Positions 48,648-62,631 are shown, numbered from the stretch's first letter. The stretch is 64,000 nucleotides of DNA from an uncultured Alphaproteobacteria bacterium (GCA_963786025.1 CAWAXK010000001.1:5876-69875), one strand, 5' to 3'. Notes: generated by a model from the sequence alone, not told the origin. Made by a program: numbers and translations.

Positions 48648-49808
48648 ATGGCCGACAACGAGCAACGCGGCACACGGGCTGGGGCTTGGGCCGCCGAAGT
48701 TGACGCCGCGCGCAGGCGCGCCGGTATCACGCTGCCGGACGGCCTTGCCGAGCGCGCGGCCTGGCTCGGGCGGCTGCTTTCGCAATGGGCGATTGCTGAG
48801 GTTGCACCGGGCCGGCTGATGCCCTGGCTGGCGGTCTCATACGGATTGGGCATCGTTGTCTATTTCACGGCGGATCGCGAGCCGATGTGGTGGGCGGCCG
48901 TCGCACTGGCGCTTGCCGGTATTGTGGTGGCGATTCTGGCGCGGCGGCGCGTTGCGCCTTACGGCGTGATCGCCAATCTGCTGGCCATGCCGGTGGTGTC
49001 GGTGGAGGTAATGCCGATGGGTATCCTCGGCCTGCTGGCGATGCCGTTCGGGTTCGATGCGATCTTCTGGAAACTGATGGGCGCCGGCGTCGACTGGATG
49101 GATGACGTGGCGTTATGGGTGGCGAGCCTTCCCGGCGCGGTAGGCCATGTACGCGCGTTTGGTACCGGTCCACGACTACTTGGCACGGCGGCGATTCTGC
49201 TGTTGTGCCTGCTACGCACACCGCTGCGGTGGAGCGGGGCCGTGCTTGCCTTGGTGGCGAGCGTGTGGGCGTTGAACACGCCATTGCCCGACGTCCTGGT
49301 GTCCGGCGACGGGCAGGCGGCGGCCGTGCGCGGCGCGGATGGACGGCTCGCCGTCCTCTACAACGCGCGCGACAGCTTCGCGATCAAGGAATGGTTGGCG
49401 GCAAACGAGGACGCGCGCGCCGTTAAGGATGCGAGCCTGCACGACGGCGTGCAATGCGATGCCGTCGGTTGTATCGGGCGATTGGCCGATGGCCGGTTGG
49501 TGTCGTTCGTCCTGTCGGTCGAGGGCTTTGCCGAGGATTGCGCCCGCGCCGCCGTGGTGGTCAGCGCGCGCGAAGCGCCACGTCATTGCGCCGCCACACT
49601 GATCGACCGCAATATCTGGCGCGCGAACGGCGCCGTGGCGTTGCGCTGGACCGGCGACCGTTTCGCCCTCAGCGCCGCGCGCCCGCCCGATTACGAGCGG
49701 CCGTGGGCGCGAGTTGGGCGCAGCGTGGGTGAAAGCGCATCAAACCCGGCGCGCCCCGCCGCACCCGACGCAACGCCGCGCGTGCAGGATCTGGAAGCGG
49801 GAGATTAG
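48648..49808 (+). pseudogene. comEC: ComEC/Rec2 competence protein with a large in-frame internal deletion
   Basis: ComEC-like N-terminus (WLAVSYGLGIVVYF..REP) joined directly to PYGVIANLLAMP and the C-terminal part (PDVLVS.DG, CDAVGC, EDC..A); only 386 aa; gltX-comEC-lexA synteny. Confidence 0.75.
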
Positions 49809-49810
49809 GT

Positions 49811-50530
49811 CTAGTAGCGCCTAAACAGCCCCACCAGCTTGCCCTGGATGCGCACGCGGTTCGGCGGCAGGATGCGCACCTCATAGGCCGTGTTGGCCGG
49901 TTCGAGCGCGATTGAGGCGCCGCGGCGGCGGAAGCGCTTCAGCGTGGCTTCCTCGTCGTCGATCAGCGCCACGACGATATCGCCGGTGTCGGCGGCTTCG
50001 GATTTGCGGATCAGCGCGATATCGCCGTCGAGGATGCCGGCCTCGATCATACTGTCGCCGCGCACTTCCAGCGCGAAATGCTCGCCGGCGGTGAGCAGGT
50101 CGGCCGGCATGTTGATGACATGGCTGCGGGTCTGGATCGCCTCGATCGGCGTGCCGGCGGCGATACGGCCCATCACCGGCACCGCGATTGGACGGCGGCT
50201 GTCGTCGTCGCTCTCGAAATTGGCGGAAGCGGCGCGCACCCGGCCGAGGTCGCCCTCGATCACGCTCGGGTTGAAGCCGCGCGAGCGGCCGCCATTGCTG
50301 ATGCCGTGGGCGACCGAGTTGGGCAGCTTGATCACTTCGATGGCGCGCGCGCGGTTGGGCAGGCGGCGGATGAAGCCGCGCTCTTCCAAAGCGGTTATGA
50401 GCCGGTGGATGCCGGATTTGGACCGCAGGTCGAGTGCGTCCTTCATTTCATCGAAAGAGGGGGGTACCCCCGCTTCGGTCAGCCTCTCGTGGATGAAGCG
50501 CAGGAGCTCGAACTGCTTGCGGGTCAGCAT
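49811..50530 (-). CDS. lexA: SOS repressor LexA
   Basis: [21 protein letters not shown] (Ala-Gly cleavage site), GDSM, ATLKR. Confidence 0.98.
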   Translation of the reverse strand: MLTRKQFELLRFIHERLTEAGVPPSFDEMKDALDLRSKSGIHRLITALEERGFIRRLPNRARAIEVIKLPNSVAHGISNGGRSRGFNPSVIEGDLGRVRAASANFESDDDSRRPIAVPVMGRIAAGTPIEAIQTRSHVINMPADLLTAGEHFALEVRGDSMIEAGILDGDIALIRKSEAADTGDIVVALIDDEEATLKRFRRRGASIALEPANTAYEVRILPPNRVRIQGKLVGLFRRY

Positions 50531-50575
50531 CTATCTCTCCCGGTCGCGGCCGGCCTCCGGAGAGGCACAGGCCAG

Positions 50576-50616
50576 AAACAAATCATGAACGGACACTATC
50601 TGTTCGATATGTGTTC
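50576..50616 (-). promoter_or_regulatory. LexA boxes upstream of lexA (autoregulation)
   Basis: Perfect GTTC-gatatgt-GTTC at 50602-50616; imperfect AAAC-aaatcat-GAAC at 50576-50590. Confidence 0.85.
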
Positions 50617-50655
50617 CGCAACCATTTAATTTGGAGTGAAAAATGCGAAAGGCCG

Positions 50656-51870
50656 CTAAAGGGCTAGCTTAAGGATGACACAGGGTGAACCGGAACTCGC
50701 TGCGGGCGCGTTGGGCTCGCGAATCAGCAGGCAGTCGGCTTTGGCGAGCGGCGCCATCAGGGAACTGTCCTGGGCCGGCAGGGGCGTCGCTATAGGGCCG
50801 TCCGGACCTCGCGACAGCGTCGCCCGCATGTAGTCGGCCCGCTCGTCATTGGCGGGCAGGTCACAGCCGAGTTGCGCCGGCTCCGGGATGCGCTCGACGT
50901 CATCGCGGCCACAGAGCTGCCGAATCAACGGCACTAGGAACAGGAAAGCGCAGACATAGGACGACACCGGGTTACCGGGGACGCCGAGCACCTGCATGCC
51001 GCCCAGCCGCCCGTGCATCATCGGCCGGCCCGGGCGCAGCGCCACGCGCCAGAACGACAGGGCTAGCCCTTCGCTGGCCAGCGCCCGCTGCACCAGGTCG
51101 TGCTCGCCGACCGAAGCGCCGCCGCTGGTCAGCAGAATATCGGCGCCCCAGTCGCGCGCGCGCCGCACCGCCGCCGCGATGTCCTCAATGCGGTCGGGCG
51201 CGATGCCGAAATCGCTCACCTCTGCGCCCTCGCTACGCGCCATGGCGATGAGGGCGAAACCATTGGAATAGACAATCTCTCCGGGCTTAGGCGCGCTGCC
51301 CGGTGCCACCAATTCGTCGCCGGTGCCGATTACCGCCACTTTGGGCCGGCGGTGCACGTGCAAGGCCGGATAGTTCATGGCGGCGGCGAGCATCAGGTCG
51401 CGGTCGGTAAGACGGCGGCCCTTGCGCAGCAGCGGCTGGCCTTGCGTGAAATCGATGCCGCGGTCGCGCACATTGCGGCCCTTGGCGGTTGCCTTTTGGA
51501 TCATCACCGTGTCGCCATCGCGCGTGGTGAGTTCCTGGATGACGACGGTGTCGGCGCCCGCCGGCATCACGCCGCCGGTGAAAATGCGCGCGGCTTGCCC
51601 CGCTTTCACTTCGCCGTCGAAGGGGTGGCCGGCGGCGACTTCGCCGATCAGCGTCAGCTTGACCGGCGCTTGCGCCACGTCGGCGGCGCGCACCGCATAG
51701 CCGTCCATGGCCGAGACCGCGTCCGGCGGCTGGGTGCGCAACGCGTTCAAGTCCTCGCTGAGCACGCGGCCGAGCGCCGCGTCGAGCGCAACCGTTTGCG
51801 CCGGCAGCGCGCGCGCGTCGGCGAGCACGCGCTGCAAAGCCTCGGCGACCGGCATCAACGAACGATTCAT
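50656..51870 (-). CDS. moeA: Molybdopterin molybdotransferase
   Basis: [37 protein letters not shown]. Confidence 0.96.
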   Translation of the reverse strand: MNRSLMPVAEALQRVLADARALPAQTVALDAALGRVLSEDLNALRTQPPDAVSAMDGYAVRAADVAQAPVKLTLIGEVAAGHPFDGEVKAGQAARIFTGGVMPAGADTVVIQELTTRDGDTVMIQKATAKGRNVRDRGIDFTQGQPLLRKGRRLTDRDLMLAAAMNYPALHVHRRPKVAVIGTGDELVAPGSAPKPGEIVYSNGFALIAMARSEGAEVSDFGIAPDRIEDIAAAVRRARDWGADILLTSGGASVGEHDLVQRALASEGLALSFWRVALRPGRPMMHGRLGGMQVLGVPGNPVSSYVCAFLFLVPLIRQLCGRDDVERIPEPAQLGCDLPANDERADYMRATLSRGPDGPIATPLPAQDSSLMAPLAKADCLLIREPNAPAASSGSPCVILKLAL

Positions 51871-52439
51871 TCCGTGAAGTCCTCGGCGCGATAGTCGCCG
51901 GATTTGCCGCCGCTTTTGCGCAGCAGGCGTATGCCGTCGATGCGCATGCCTTTCTCGACCGCCTTGACCATGTCGTAGATGGTCAGGCAGGCGATCGATA
52001 CCGCGACCAGCGCCTCCATTTCGACGCCGGTCTGCCCGGTCACTTTAACCGTCGCGCGCACCAGGAATCCGGGCAGGGCATGTTCCGGATCGATGTCGAT
52101 CTCGATCTTGGTGATTGGCAGCGGATGGCAAAGCGGGATCAGCCCATGCGTGCGCTTGGCCGCCATGATGCCGGCCAAGCGCGCCGCGCCCAGCACGTCG
52201 CCCTTCAGAGCATTGCCCGCGATGACCAGGTCGAGCGTCTCCTTGCGCATGAGCACGCGGCCTTCCGCGATGGCTACGCGTTCGGTCAGGGTCTTGGCGG
52301 AGACGTCGACCATGCGGGCTTGGCCGCGCTGGTCGATATGGGTGAGTTCGGCGTCGGCCATCAGGGGAGCGCGTTTCGCACGCTTTGAAGGTTTGCCCTT
52401 CGTCGCCGGCCGCCGCACGATCTTTTTGCTGCTTGCCAC
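51867..52439 (-). CDS. moaC: Cyclic pyranopterin monophosphate synthase
   Basis: [46 protein letters not shown]. Confidence 0.96.
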   Translation of the reverse strand: MASSKKIVRRPATKGKPSKRAKRAPLMADAELTHIDQRGQARMVDVSAKTLTERVAIAEGRVLMRKETLDLVIAGNALKGDVLGAARLAGIMAAKRTHGLIPLCHPLPITKIEIDIDPEHALPGFLVRATVKVTGQTGVEMEALVAVSIACLTIYDMVKAVEKGMRIDGIRLLRKSGGKSGDYRAEDFTE

Positions 52440-52442
52440 GAT

Positions 52443-53258
52443 CTACTCCGCTGCCGCGCGGCCCGGCGCGCGCGTGAGCAGGGCGCGAGTCGCCGCCGTC
52501 ACGTCACTCTGCCGCATCAGGCTTTCGCCGACCAGGAAGGTGGAAATGCCGATGCGGGCGAGGCGCGCAAGGTCGGCTGAGGTATTGAGCCCGCTTTCGG
52601 CCACGACGACGCGGTCGCGCGGAATCCGAGGCGCCAAGCGCTCGCTAACGGCAAGCGAGGTCTGGAAGGTGCGGAGGTCGCGGTTGTTGATGCCGATCAG
52701 CCGTGATTTGAGGTGGAGGGCGCGCTCCAGTTCATCTTCTTGATGAACTTCAACTAAAACATCCATACCATTGGCAACGGCTGCGTCCTCGATTGTTTTC
52801 GCCGCCGCATCATTGACCGCCGCCATGATGATCAGGATGCAGTCGGCGCCCAAGGCCCGCGATTCGACCACTTGGTAGGGCTCGTAGATGAAATCCTTGC
52901 GCAGCGCCGGCAGACCGGTGGCATGGCGTGCCGCATCGAGGAATTCCGGTTTGCCCTGGAACGAGGGGCCATCGGTGAGCACCGAAAGACAGGTCGCGCC
53001 GCCCGCTTCGTAGGCTTTGGCTAGACTGGGTGGATCGAAATCGTCGCGGATCAGCCCTTTCGACGGGCTCGCCTTTTTGATCTCGGCGATGAGCGCATAG
53101 CCGCCTGCGGCGATCCGCCGTTCGATCGCCTTCAGAAAGCCGCGCGGTGGCGGCGCGGCCTTGGCCTCGCGCTCAAGCTGGGCGAGCGGGCGGGCAAGCT
53201 TGGCCGCCGCGATCTCCTCGCGTTTATAGGCTTCGATCTTCGCCAAAATGTCGGCCAT
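52443..53258 (-). CDS. trpC: Indole-3-glycerol phosphate synthase
   Basis: [42 protein letters not shown]. Confidence 0.97.
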   Translation of the reverse strand: MADILAKIEAYKREEIAAAKLARPLAQLEREAKAAPPPRGFLKAIERRIAAGGYALIAEIKKASPSKGLIRDDFDPPSLAKAYEAGGATCLSVLTDGPSFQGKPEFLDAARHATGLPALRKDFIYEPYQVVESRALGADCILIIMAAVNDAAAKTIEDAAVANGMDVLVEVHQEDELERALHLKSRLIGINNRDLRTFQTSLAVSERLAPRIPRDRVVVAESGLNTSADLARLARIGISTFLVGESLMRQSDVTAATRALLTRAPGRAAAE

Positions 53259-54284
53259 TTAGGCCTCCACGGCGTTGGACACCGCAATCAGGCGATCGAG
53301 CCGGCCTTCAGCCTCGCCGCTGTCGATCGACTTGGCCGCCAGCGCTGCGCCTTCTTTCAAGTCCTTGGCCTTGCCGGCAACGACGAGCGCAGCCGCGGCA
53401 TTGAGGATCGCCACGTCGCGGAACGGCCCGGATTTGCCCTTGAGCACGTCGAGCAGCGCCTTGGCGTTGTGCTCGGCGTCGCCGCCGCGCAGCGCCTCCG
53501 GCTTGACCCGCTGCAAGCCCGCATCCTCGGGCGCGATCTCGAAGGTGCGAATTTTGCCGTGCTCGAGAGCGGCAACACTGGTCGGCCCAGATGTGGTGAT
53601 CTCGTCGAGGCCATCGGAGCCGTGCACGACCCAGACGCAATCCGAGCCGAGATTCTTGAGCACCTGCGCCATCGGCTCGACCCAGTGCTTGGAAAACGTG
53701 CCGACCATCTGGCGTTTGACGCCCGCCGGGTTCGCCAGCGGCCCGAGCAGATTGAAGATGGTGCGGGTGCCGAGCTCGACCCGGGTGGGGCCGACGTTCT
53801 TCATCGCCGGATGGTGCGCCGGCGCGAACATGAAGCCGATGCCGGCTTCCTTGATGCAGCGCCCGACTTGTTCGGCGTTCAGGTCGATCTTGACGCCGAG
53901 CGCTTGCAGCACGTCGGCGGCGCCCGACTTCGACGACAATGCGCGGTTGCCATGTTTGGCGACCGGCACGCCAGCGCCCGCGACGATAAACGCGGCACAG
54001 GTCGAAATGTTGAACGAGCCGGAAGCATCGCCCCCGGTGCCAACCACGTCGACCGCGTCGGGCGGCGCCTTCACGCCCAGCATCTTGGCGCGCATGGTGG
54101 TGACCGCGCCGGTGATCTCGTCGACGGTTTCCCCGCGCACGCGCAAGCCCATCAGCAGCGCGCCCATCTGCGAGGGCGTCGCTTCACCCGACATCATGCG
54201 GTCGAAAGCGGAAGCCGCCTCCGCGCGCGTGAGGCTCGCGCCGGTCGCGACCTTGCCGATGAGGGCTTTGAAATCGTCGGCCAT
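53259..54284 (-). CDS. trpD: Anthranilate phosphoribosyltransferase
   Basis: [34 protein letters not shown]. Confidence 0.97.
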   Translation of the reverse strand: MADDFKALIGKVATGASLTRAEAASAFDRMMSGEATPSQMGALLMGLRVRGETVDEITGAVTTMRAKMLGVKAPPDAVDVVGTGGDASGSFNISTCAAFIVAGAGVPVAKHGNRALSSKSGAADVLQALGVKIDLNAEQVGRCIKEAGIGFMFAPAHHPAMKNVGPTRVELGTRTIFNLLGPLANPAGVKRQMVGTFSKHWVEPMAQVLKNLGSDCVWVVHGSDGLDEITTSGPTSVAALEHGKIRTFEIAPEDAGLQRVKPEALRGGDAEHNAKALLDVLKGKSGPFRDVAILNAAAALVVAGKAKDLKEGAALAAKSIDSGEAEGRLDRLIAVSNAVEA

Positions 54285-54296
54285 AGGCTCAAGACC

Positions 54297-54935
54297 TCAA
54301 AGCGTGGCGTGGGCGGGCGACTTGCGCGCCGGGGCAGGGCTCGGTTTGCGGCCGCGTTGTGCATTCCAATCGGCGGCGAGATCGAGAAAATTCTTCAGCA
54401 TCAGATGGCCGTGTTCGGAGGCGATGCTTTCGGGATGGAATTGCACGCCGTGCACCGGCAGGCTCTTGTGCATCAGTCCCATCACCAGACGATCGCCGGT
54501 TTCTGCCGTCACCGTCAGTTCGGCCGGCATGCTGGCGCGTTCGACCACCAGCGAGTGGTAACGTGTTGCCTTGAACGGCCCGTTGATGCCGCGGAACACG
54601 CCCGCGCCCGTGTGCTCGATCTCGAACACCTTGCCGTGCGCCGGGGTCGCGCGCACCACTTTGCCGCCAAACGCTTGACCGATCGCCTGATGGCCGAGGC
54701 AGACGCCGAGCAGCGGGATCGTGGCTGACGCCTTGGCGATGAGTTCGAGGCAGATGCCGGCTTCGTTCGGCGTGCAGGGCCCGGGCGACAGCACGATTGC
54801 CTCCGGCTCGGCGGCAACCACATCGGCGGTCGAAATCTTGTCGTTGCGATGCACGACGACGTCCGCCCCCAGCCCGCCCAGGTAATGGAACAGGTTGAAG
54901 GTGAAGCTGTCGTAGTTGTCGATCAAAACGATCAT
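54297..54935 (-). CDS. trpG: Anthranilate synthase component II (glutamine amidotransferase)
   Basis: LIDNYDSFT, SPGPCTP, GVCLGHQ, RYHSL, GVQFHPES. Confidence 0.93.
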   Translation of the reverse strand: MIVLIDNYDSFTFNLFHYLGGLGADVVVHRNDKISTADVVAAEPEAIVLSPGPCTPNEAGICLELIAKASATIPLLGVCLGHQAIGQAFGGKVVRATPAHGKVFEIEHTGAGVFRGINGPFKATRYHSLVVERASMPAELTVTAETGDRLVMGLMHKSLPVHGVQFHPESIASEHGHLMLKNFLDLAADWNAQRGRKPSPAPARKSPAHATL

Positions 54936-55087
54936 GTTTGCCTGCCGCCTCAAGGTCTTAGACGTGGGGCCGGGGAGGGGTCAAGGTCATCCGCAAGCCC
55001 CGGACCTATCGACGCAATACCGCCCGCGTAAAATTGTGTCGGTTATAGTCGAGGCCTGCGCCCGCTCTGTCCCTCAAGGAGATTGTC

Positions 55088-55888
55088 ATGAACCACCTTT
55101 TCGCCGCATCGCTCGCGAAGCCGGCGGGCCGCTGGAGACCTGGCACGATGGGCAGGACCGTCCTCGCGGCAGCCGCCGTGTTCGCGGCCGTCGCGGTCAA
55201 TGCGCAGGCCGATACGCTCGCCTCCGCCTGCACCAAAATCTATGCGCCGCAGACGCTGGATAACACCCAGCCGATCAATCTCGGCCAGCTCAAGCTCCAG
55301 ATCTATTTCTATGCCTGCTCCGGAGCCTACGACGCTGATATGAATAAGGTGCTTGGCGAGGCCCGCGCCTACGTCGAAAAGCGCGCCGGCGAAGTCGCCA
55401 AACCAGCCATCGTGCTCGATATCGACGAGACCTCGTTGTCAAACCTTCCACAGGAACTCGCCAATGATTTCGGCTACATTCCAGACACGCCCTGCGATCA
55501 CCTGCCGGACGGACCTTGCGGATTCAATGATTGGGTGATGACCGGCAAGTCCAAGGCCATTGGCGGGACTTTGGCATTGGTCAATGCCGCCAAAGCCCAC
55601 AAGGTGGCGGTATTCTTCATCACCGGCCGCCACGAAGGCCTGGCGCTGCGCGATGTGACGATCAAGAACCTGAAGGCTGCCGGTTACGACGGCTGGGCCG
55701 GCTTGGTGCTTCGCCCGCCGTCGGCCGGCAACATGACAATCGCGGCTTACAAATCGGGCGAACGCCACAAGATCGCCGCGCAGGGCTACACCATCATCGT
55801 CAATGTCGGCGACCAGCAGAGCGATCTCGACGGCGGCTATGCCGAGCGCGCCTACAAGCTGCCCAATCCGTTCTATTATCTTCCCTGA
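55088..55888 (+). CDS. Secreted HAD-superfamily subfamily IIIB acid phosphatase
   Basis: LDIDET (motif I), FFITGR (II), YK (III), NVGDQQSDL (IV), KLPNPFY; signal peptide ending AQA; AAGGAG RBS. Confidence 0.88.
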   Translation: MNHLFAASLAKPAGRWRPGTMGRTVLAAAAVFAAVAVNAQADTLASACTKIYAPQTLDNTQPINLGQLKLQIYFYACSGAYDADMNKVLGEARAYVEKRAGEVAKPAIVLDIDETSLSNLPQELANDFGYIPDTPCDHLPDGPCGFNDWVMTGKSKAIGGTLALVNAAKAHKVAVFFITGRHEGLALRDVTIKNLKAAGYDGWAGLVLRPPSAGNMTIAAYKSGERHKIAAQGYTIIVNVGDQQSDLDGGYAERAYKLPNPFYYLP

Positions 55889-55899
55889 CGGCGGCTCGG

Positions 55900-57417
55900 T
55901 TACTGCCCGCGCTTGGCGGCGCTGGCAAACCGGCGGGCTTCCTCGGCGGCGCGGAACAAGGCTTTCGCCTTGTTGATGCATTCCTGCTGCTCTAGGTCGG
56001 GATTGCTGTCGGCGACGATGCCGGCGCCGGCCTGCACATACATTTTGCCGTCCTTCACCAGCGCGGTGCGCAGCACGATGCAGGTGTCCATCTCGCCGGC
56101 GGCGGAGAAATAGCCGACCGCGCCGGCATAGAGCCCGCGCTTTTCCTTCTCCAATTCGTCGATGATCTGCATTGCGCGGACCTTGGGCGCGCCCGACACC
56201 GTGCCGGCGGGAAATCCGGCGGCCAGCGCATCGAGCGCGTCGCGGGTACCGGCAAGCTTGCCCTCGACATTGGAGACGATGTGCATAACGTGGCTGTAGC
56301 GCTCGACGAAAAACCGATCGGTGACGGTCACGCTGCCAATCTCGGCGACGCGGCCGACGTCGTTGCGGCCAAGATCGAGCAGCATCAGATGCTCGGCGCG
56401 TTCTTTTGGATCGGCGAGCAATTCCGCTTCGAGCGCCTTGTCCTCGTGCGGCGTGGCGCCGCGCGGCCGCGTGCCGGCGATCGGGCGGATGGTCACCACA
56501 TCGCCCGAAACTTTGACCAGGATTTCCGGGCTCGAGCCGGCGACGGCGAATGCGCCGAAATCGAGGAAGTAGAGATAGGGCGACGGATTGGTTCGCCGCA
56601 GCGCGCGATAGAGCGAGAACGGCGGCAGCGTGAACGGCGCCTCGAAGCGTTGCGCCAGCACGATTTGAAAGGCGTCGCCGGCGGTGATGTATTCCTTGGC
56701 CTTAGCGACCTTCGCCTTGTATTCGGCCGGCGTGGTGTTGGAGCGCGGCGGCACGTCGAGCGGGCCTTCGTCGTATTCAGCCAGCGACTTGTCGAGCGGC
56801 CGGTCGAGGCTTTCCAGGATGCCAGACAACCGCTCGATCGCGCGCGTCAGCGCCGTCTTGGCATCGACGTCCTTTTCCGGGCGCACCGGCGTGACGACCG
56901 TGATCGAATCCTTTACCGCGTCGAACACGACGATGATGGTCGGGCGCACCAGCACCGCGTCGGGAATCCCGATCGGATCGGGATTGGGCGGCGGCAGCTC
57001 TTCCATCAGCCGCACCATGTCGTAGCCGAGATAGCCGAACACGCCGGCCGCCATCGGCGGCAAGCTTTCGGGCAAGTCGATGCGGCTTTCCGCGATCAGC
57101 GTGCGCAGGGCCTTGAGCGGCAGCTCCGGGCAGGGCGAAAAAGCGTCCGGCTTTGTGCGTGCCGTCCGGTTGATCTCCGCCTGCGTGCCATTGGCGCGCC
57201 AGATCAAGTCGGGGTCTACGCCAATGATAGAATGACGGCCGCGTGTGTCGCCGCCTTCTACCGACTCCAGCAGGAAGCTCATCGGCTTGCCGCCACCGAG
57301 CTTGAGGAAGGCCGAGACCGGCGTCTCCAGATCGGCGACTAGCGTGGTCCACACCACCTGCGCCTGGCCGCGGCCGTAACGTTCGGCGAAAGCGGTTTCC
57401 GACGGCTCAATCTGCAT
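55900..57417 (-). CDS. trpE: Anthranilate synthase component I
   Basis: DLETP, LLES, NPSPY, GSSPE, PIAGTRPRG, EHLMLLDLGRND, YSHVMH, GTVSGAPK, QAGAGIVADS. Confidence 0.96.
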   Translation of the reverse strand: MQIEPSETAFAERYGRGQAQVVWTTLVADLETPVSAFLKLGGGKPMSFLLESVEGGDTRGRHSIIGVDPDLIWRANGTQAEINRTARTKPDAFSPCPELPLKALRTLIAESRIDLPESLPPMAAGVFGYLGYDMVRLMEELPPPNPDPIGIPDAVLVRPTIIVVFDAVKDSITVVTPVRPEKDVDAKTALTRAIERLSGILESLDRPLDKSLAEYDEGPLDVPPRSNTTPAEYKAKVAKAKEYITAGDAFQIVLAQRFEAPFTLPPFSLYRALRRTNPSPYLYFLDFGAFAVAGSSPEILVKVSGDVVTIRPIAGTRPRGATPHEDKALEAELLADPKERAEHLMLLDLGRNDVGRVAEIGSVTVTDRFFVERYSHVMHIVSNVEGKLAGTRDALDALAAGFPAGTVSGAPKVRAMQIIDELEKEKRGLYAGAVGYFSAAGEMDTCIVLRTALVKDGKMYVQAGAGIVADSNPDLEQQECINKAKALFRAAEEARRFASAAKRGQ

Positions 57418-57421
57418 GGGG

Positions 57422-59350
57422 TCAGTAGAAATCGTTCGGATTGTTGCTGGGGGTGGGAGCTCCGCCAATGACCTGGTTCAGCGCCTGCTGATTGAACTTG
57501 ACGCCGAAATCGCTTTCCAGCCGCGTGACATAGGCGCCGACGAGGTCGTCGGAGTATAGGTTCTGCAGCGAGGTCGCGATCGCCTTGCTGGCGGCGGGAT
57601 CGAGCGGCGGATCGACGACGCCGGTGACCTTGAACACGAAGCGCGCGGTCTCTTGATCGCCTTCGGCCGTAGACGGCACGTCCTTGGGGATCTTGAAGGC
57701 TGCTTCGACCAGCTTCGCCGGCGCAAAGCCGCCCGGTTTGCCGCGCTGCAGATCGGTTGCCGTCACCACTTTCAGGCCAGTCTCGGTGGCAAGCTGGTCC
57801 ATCGCCGTGCCGGCTTTGAGCTTGCCGACCATGTCGTTGGCCTTGGCCTGCAGGCGCTTGGCGATCTCGTCTTCGCGCCAGCGCGCCTCGACCTTGTCTT
57901 TCACCTCGGCGAGCGTGCGATCGCGCGCCGGCGTGATGCCGGTGACATCGAACCAGAGATAGCCGCCATCCGGCAGCTGCAGGGGATCGTTGTCGACGCC
58001 GACGTCGCTGGCAAAGGCCGCGGCGACCGCATCCGGTTTGGTAGGCAGGCCGGCGATCGGCTTGCCATCCGGGCCGCGGCCCGAGCGGTCGACCGCATCG
58101 AAGGTTTGCGAGGTGAGGCCTAATTTCTTGGCTGCCTCGGCGAGCGTTGCGCCGGCGGCGCGCTCATCCTCGAATTTGTCGCGCAGCGTTCCGATTTCGG
58201 TCTTGGCGCGGCCCTCGGCGAGTTCGCGTTTGATCTGCGGTGCAACCTGCTCGTAGGTCTTCTCGCTTCCCGGCTCGATTTTGCCGACTTGCAGTAGCAC
58301 CGTGCCGAAGCGGCCATTGACCGGCTTGCTGACCTCGCCCGACTTGAGGGCGAAAGCGGCGTCGGCGACGGCCGGATCGATGATCCCGGACTTCGTCACC
58401 ATGCCGACATTGGTATCGCTATCTTTCAGGCCGCGTTCCTTGGCGATGTCGGCGAAAGTCGCGCCCTTGGCGATGCGCTCACGCGCGGCCGCAGCCTCTT
58501 CTGGCTTCGGGAAAACGATCTGACTCAGTTCGCGGCGCTCGGGCGTGCCGTAGCTTGCTTTGTGCTGCTCGTAATAATTCTTGGCATCGGCGTCGGTGAC
58601 GGCGTCCGGCTTGGCAAGCGCAGCCGGCGACATCGCGAGCAGGCTTATCTTGCGGTATTCGGGCGCGCGAAACAAAACTTTGCGCTCGTCGAAATATTTG
58701 CTGAGGACTTCAGGCGTCGGCGCTGGAATGTCGCCCGCCTGCGCCGGACCTAAGCTGAGATATTCGATGCTGCGTTTTTCGTTTTGATATTGATTGAGCA
58801 CCTTCTCCGCCGTTGCCGGCACCGGAAAGTCGCCGCCGATGCTGAGTGCGATTTGCCGGCGCAAGATCACGCGACGCTGCTCCTCGACAAATTTCGGTTC
58901 GGTATAGCCGGCTTGCCGGATGATCTGCTCAAAGCGATCGCGGTCGAACTTGCCGGTGATACCGCGGAAGCTCGGATCATTGGTGATGCGGCCGGCGATG
59001 TCGGCATTGCTGATGCCGAGCCGCAAGGCGTTGGCTTGCTCGTCGAGCGTCGTCTCGGCCACCAACTGACCGATCACACGTTGGTTGATGCCGGTCTCCC
59101 GCGCCTGCTCGGGGGTGATCGGGCGGCCGACTTGCTGTCCGAGCTGCTGCAGGCGGGTGGTGTAGAATTGACGGAATTGCTCGATCGAGATCTCGGTGCC
59201 GCCGATCTGGATCGCCGAATTGGCGCCGAAGCCGCGGAAAATGTCGCCGATGCCCCAAATCGCGAAGCTGATGATCAATCCGCCCATGACGATGGCCATG
59301 ACGCCCTTGCCGAGCCAGGTCGAGGAGGCTTTGTGGATACCGCGGAGCAT
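57422..59350 (-). CDS. ppiD: Periplasmic chaperone/peptidylprolyl isomerase PpiD (SurA N-domain plus rotamase)
   Basis: N-terminal TM (SFAIWGIGD), YF...F.APEYR, PERR rotamase-like domain; divergent from tpiA. Confidence 0.88.
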   Translation of the reverse strand: MLRGIHKASSTWLGKGVMAIVMGGLIISFAIWGIGDIFRGFGANSAIQIGGTEISIEQFRQFYTTRLQQLGQQVGRPITPEQARETGINQRVIGQLVAETTLDEQANALRLGISNADIAGRITNDPSFRGITGKFDRDRFEQIIRQAGYTEPKFVEEQRRVILRRQIALSIGGDFPVPATAEKVLNQYQNEKRSIEYLSLGPAQAGDIPAPTPEVLSKYFDERKVLFRAPEYRKISLLAMSPAALAKPDAVTDADAKNYYEQHKASYGTPERRELSQIVFPKPEEAAAARERIAKGATFADIAKERGLKDSDTNVGMVTKSGIIDPAVADAAFALKSGEVSKPVNGRFGTVLLQVGKIEPGSEKTYEQVAPQIKRELAEGRAKTEIGTLRDKFEDERAAGATLAEAAKKLGLTSQTFDAVDRSGRGPDGKPIAGLPTKPDAVAAAFASDVGVDNDPLQLPDGGYLWFDVTGITPARDRTLAEVKDKVEARWREDEIAKRLQAKANDMVGKLKAGTAMDQLATETGLKVVTATDLQRGKPGGFAPAKLVEAAFKIPKDVPSTAEGDQETARFVFKVTGVVDPPLDPAASKAIATSLQNLYSDDLVGAYVTRLESDFGVKFNQQALNQVIGGAPTPSNNPNDFY

Positions 59351-59516
59351 GGGCTGCGTTCTTCCCGGACGACGGTGATGGCTGAATGAAGGGTGGTCGG
59401 GCCCTTATAGGGAGCGAGCCAACTCCTTGCAACTCAAGAAGGATCAGCTTGTGGCCGGGCCGCTCTGGCGCCCGCGATGCGGGTCTGATAACGGCACGCG
59501 CATAAGGACCTAAAAC

Positions 59517-60269
59517 ATGGCATCGGACGCCCCAATCCCGCTAATAGCGGGCAACTGGAAGATGAACGGGCTGGCCGTCTCGGAAGGCGAGCTGACCAAA
59601 ATCGTCAACGGCGCGGCCGGTCTCAAGACCGGCCTGATGGTGTGCCCGCCGGCCACGCTGATCGCGGACTTTGCCGCCGCGGCACGCGGCTCGGCGGTTG
59701 CCATCGGCGGGCAGGATTGCCACGCCGAGCCATCCGGAGCCCATACCGGCGATATCGCTGCCGAAATGCTCAAGGACGCCGGCGCTGTGGCGGTAATCGT
59801 CGGCCATTCGGAGCGGCGCACCGACCACCATGAGACCGACACCCAGGTGCGCGCCAAGGCTTTGGCCACCCACCGCGCCGGCATGACGGCGATCGTGTGC
59901 GTCGGTGAGCTACGCACCGAACGCGAAGCCGGGCAGACGCTTTCCGTCATCGGCCGCCAGCTCGACGGCTCGCTGCCTGATGGCGGCACCGGCGCCAATT
60001 TGGTGGTCGCCTATGAGCCGGTCTGGGCGATCGGTACCGGGCTGACCCCGACGCCCGGCGACGTCGCCGAGGTCCATGCCTTCATCCGCCAACGGCTAGA
60101 GGCGCGCTTTGGCGCCGAAGGCGGCCGCGTCCGTATTCTCTATGGCGGCTCGGTCAAGCCGGCCAATGCCAAGGAACTGCTGACAATTGCCAATGTGAAC
60201 GGCGCCCTGGTCGGGGGCGCCAGCCTGAAAGCGACGGATTTCCTTGGTATTGCTTCGGTTTACCGCTAG
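59517..60269 (+). CDS. tpiA: Triosephosphate isomerase
   Basis: [37 protein letters not shown]. Confidence 0.98.
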   Translation: MASDAPIPLIAGNWKMNGLAVSEGELTKIVNGAAGLKTGLMVCPPATLIADFAAAARGSAVAIGGQDCHAEPSGAHTGDIAAEMLKDAGAVAVIVGHSERRTDHHETDTQVRAKALATHRAGMTAIVCVGELRTEREAGQTLSVIGRQLDGSLPDGGTGANLVVAYEPVWAIGTGLTPTPGDVAEVHAFIRQRLEARFGAEGGRVRILYGGSVKPANAKELLTIANVNGALVGGASLKATDFLGIASVYR

Positions 60270-60396
60270 GCACGGCGAGGGTGGAAATGCTGCGTGTGAT
60301 CGTGTAGAGACGCGGCAAATTCCGACTGATTACCTATATGACCGGCGGAGCGCCGCCTGGGCGGGCAGCCCAGACCGGTCGGTTTGAACGGATTAA

Positions 60397-62631
<2,235 letters not shown>

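Noticed and set aside
57417..57422. Trp attenuator or leader peptide before trpE
   Set aside because: trpE starts 4 nt after the ppiD stop, leaving no room for a leader.
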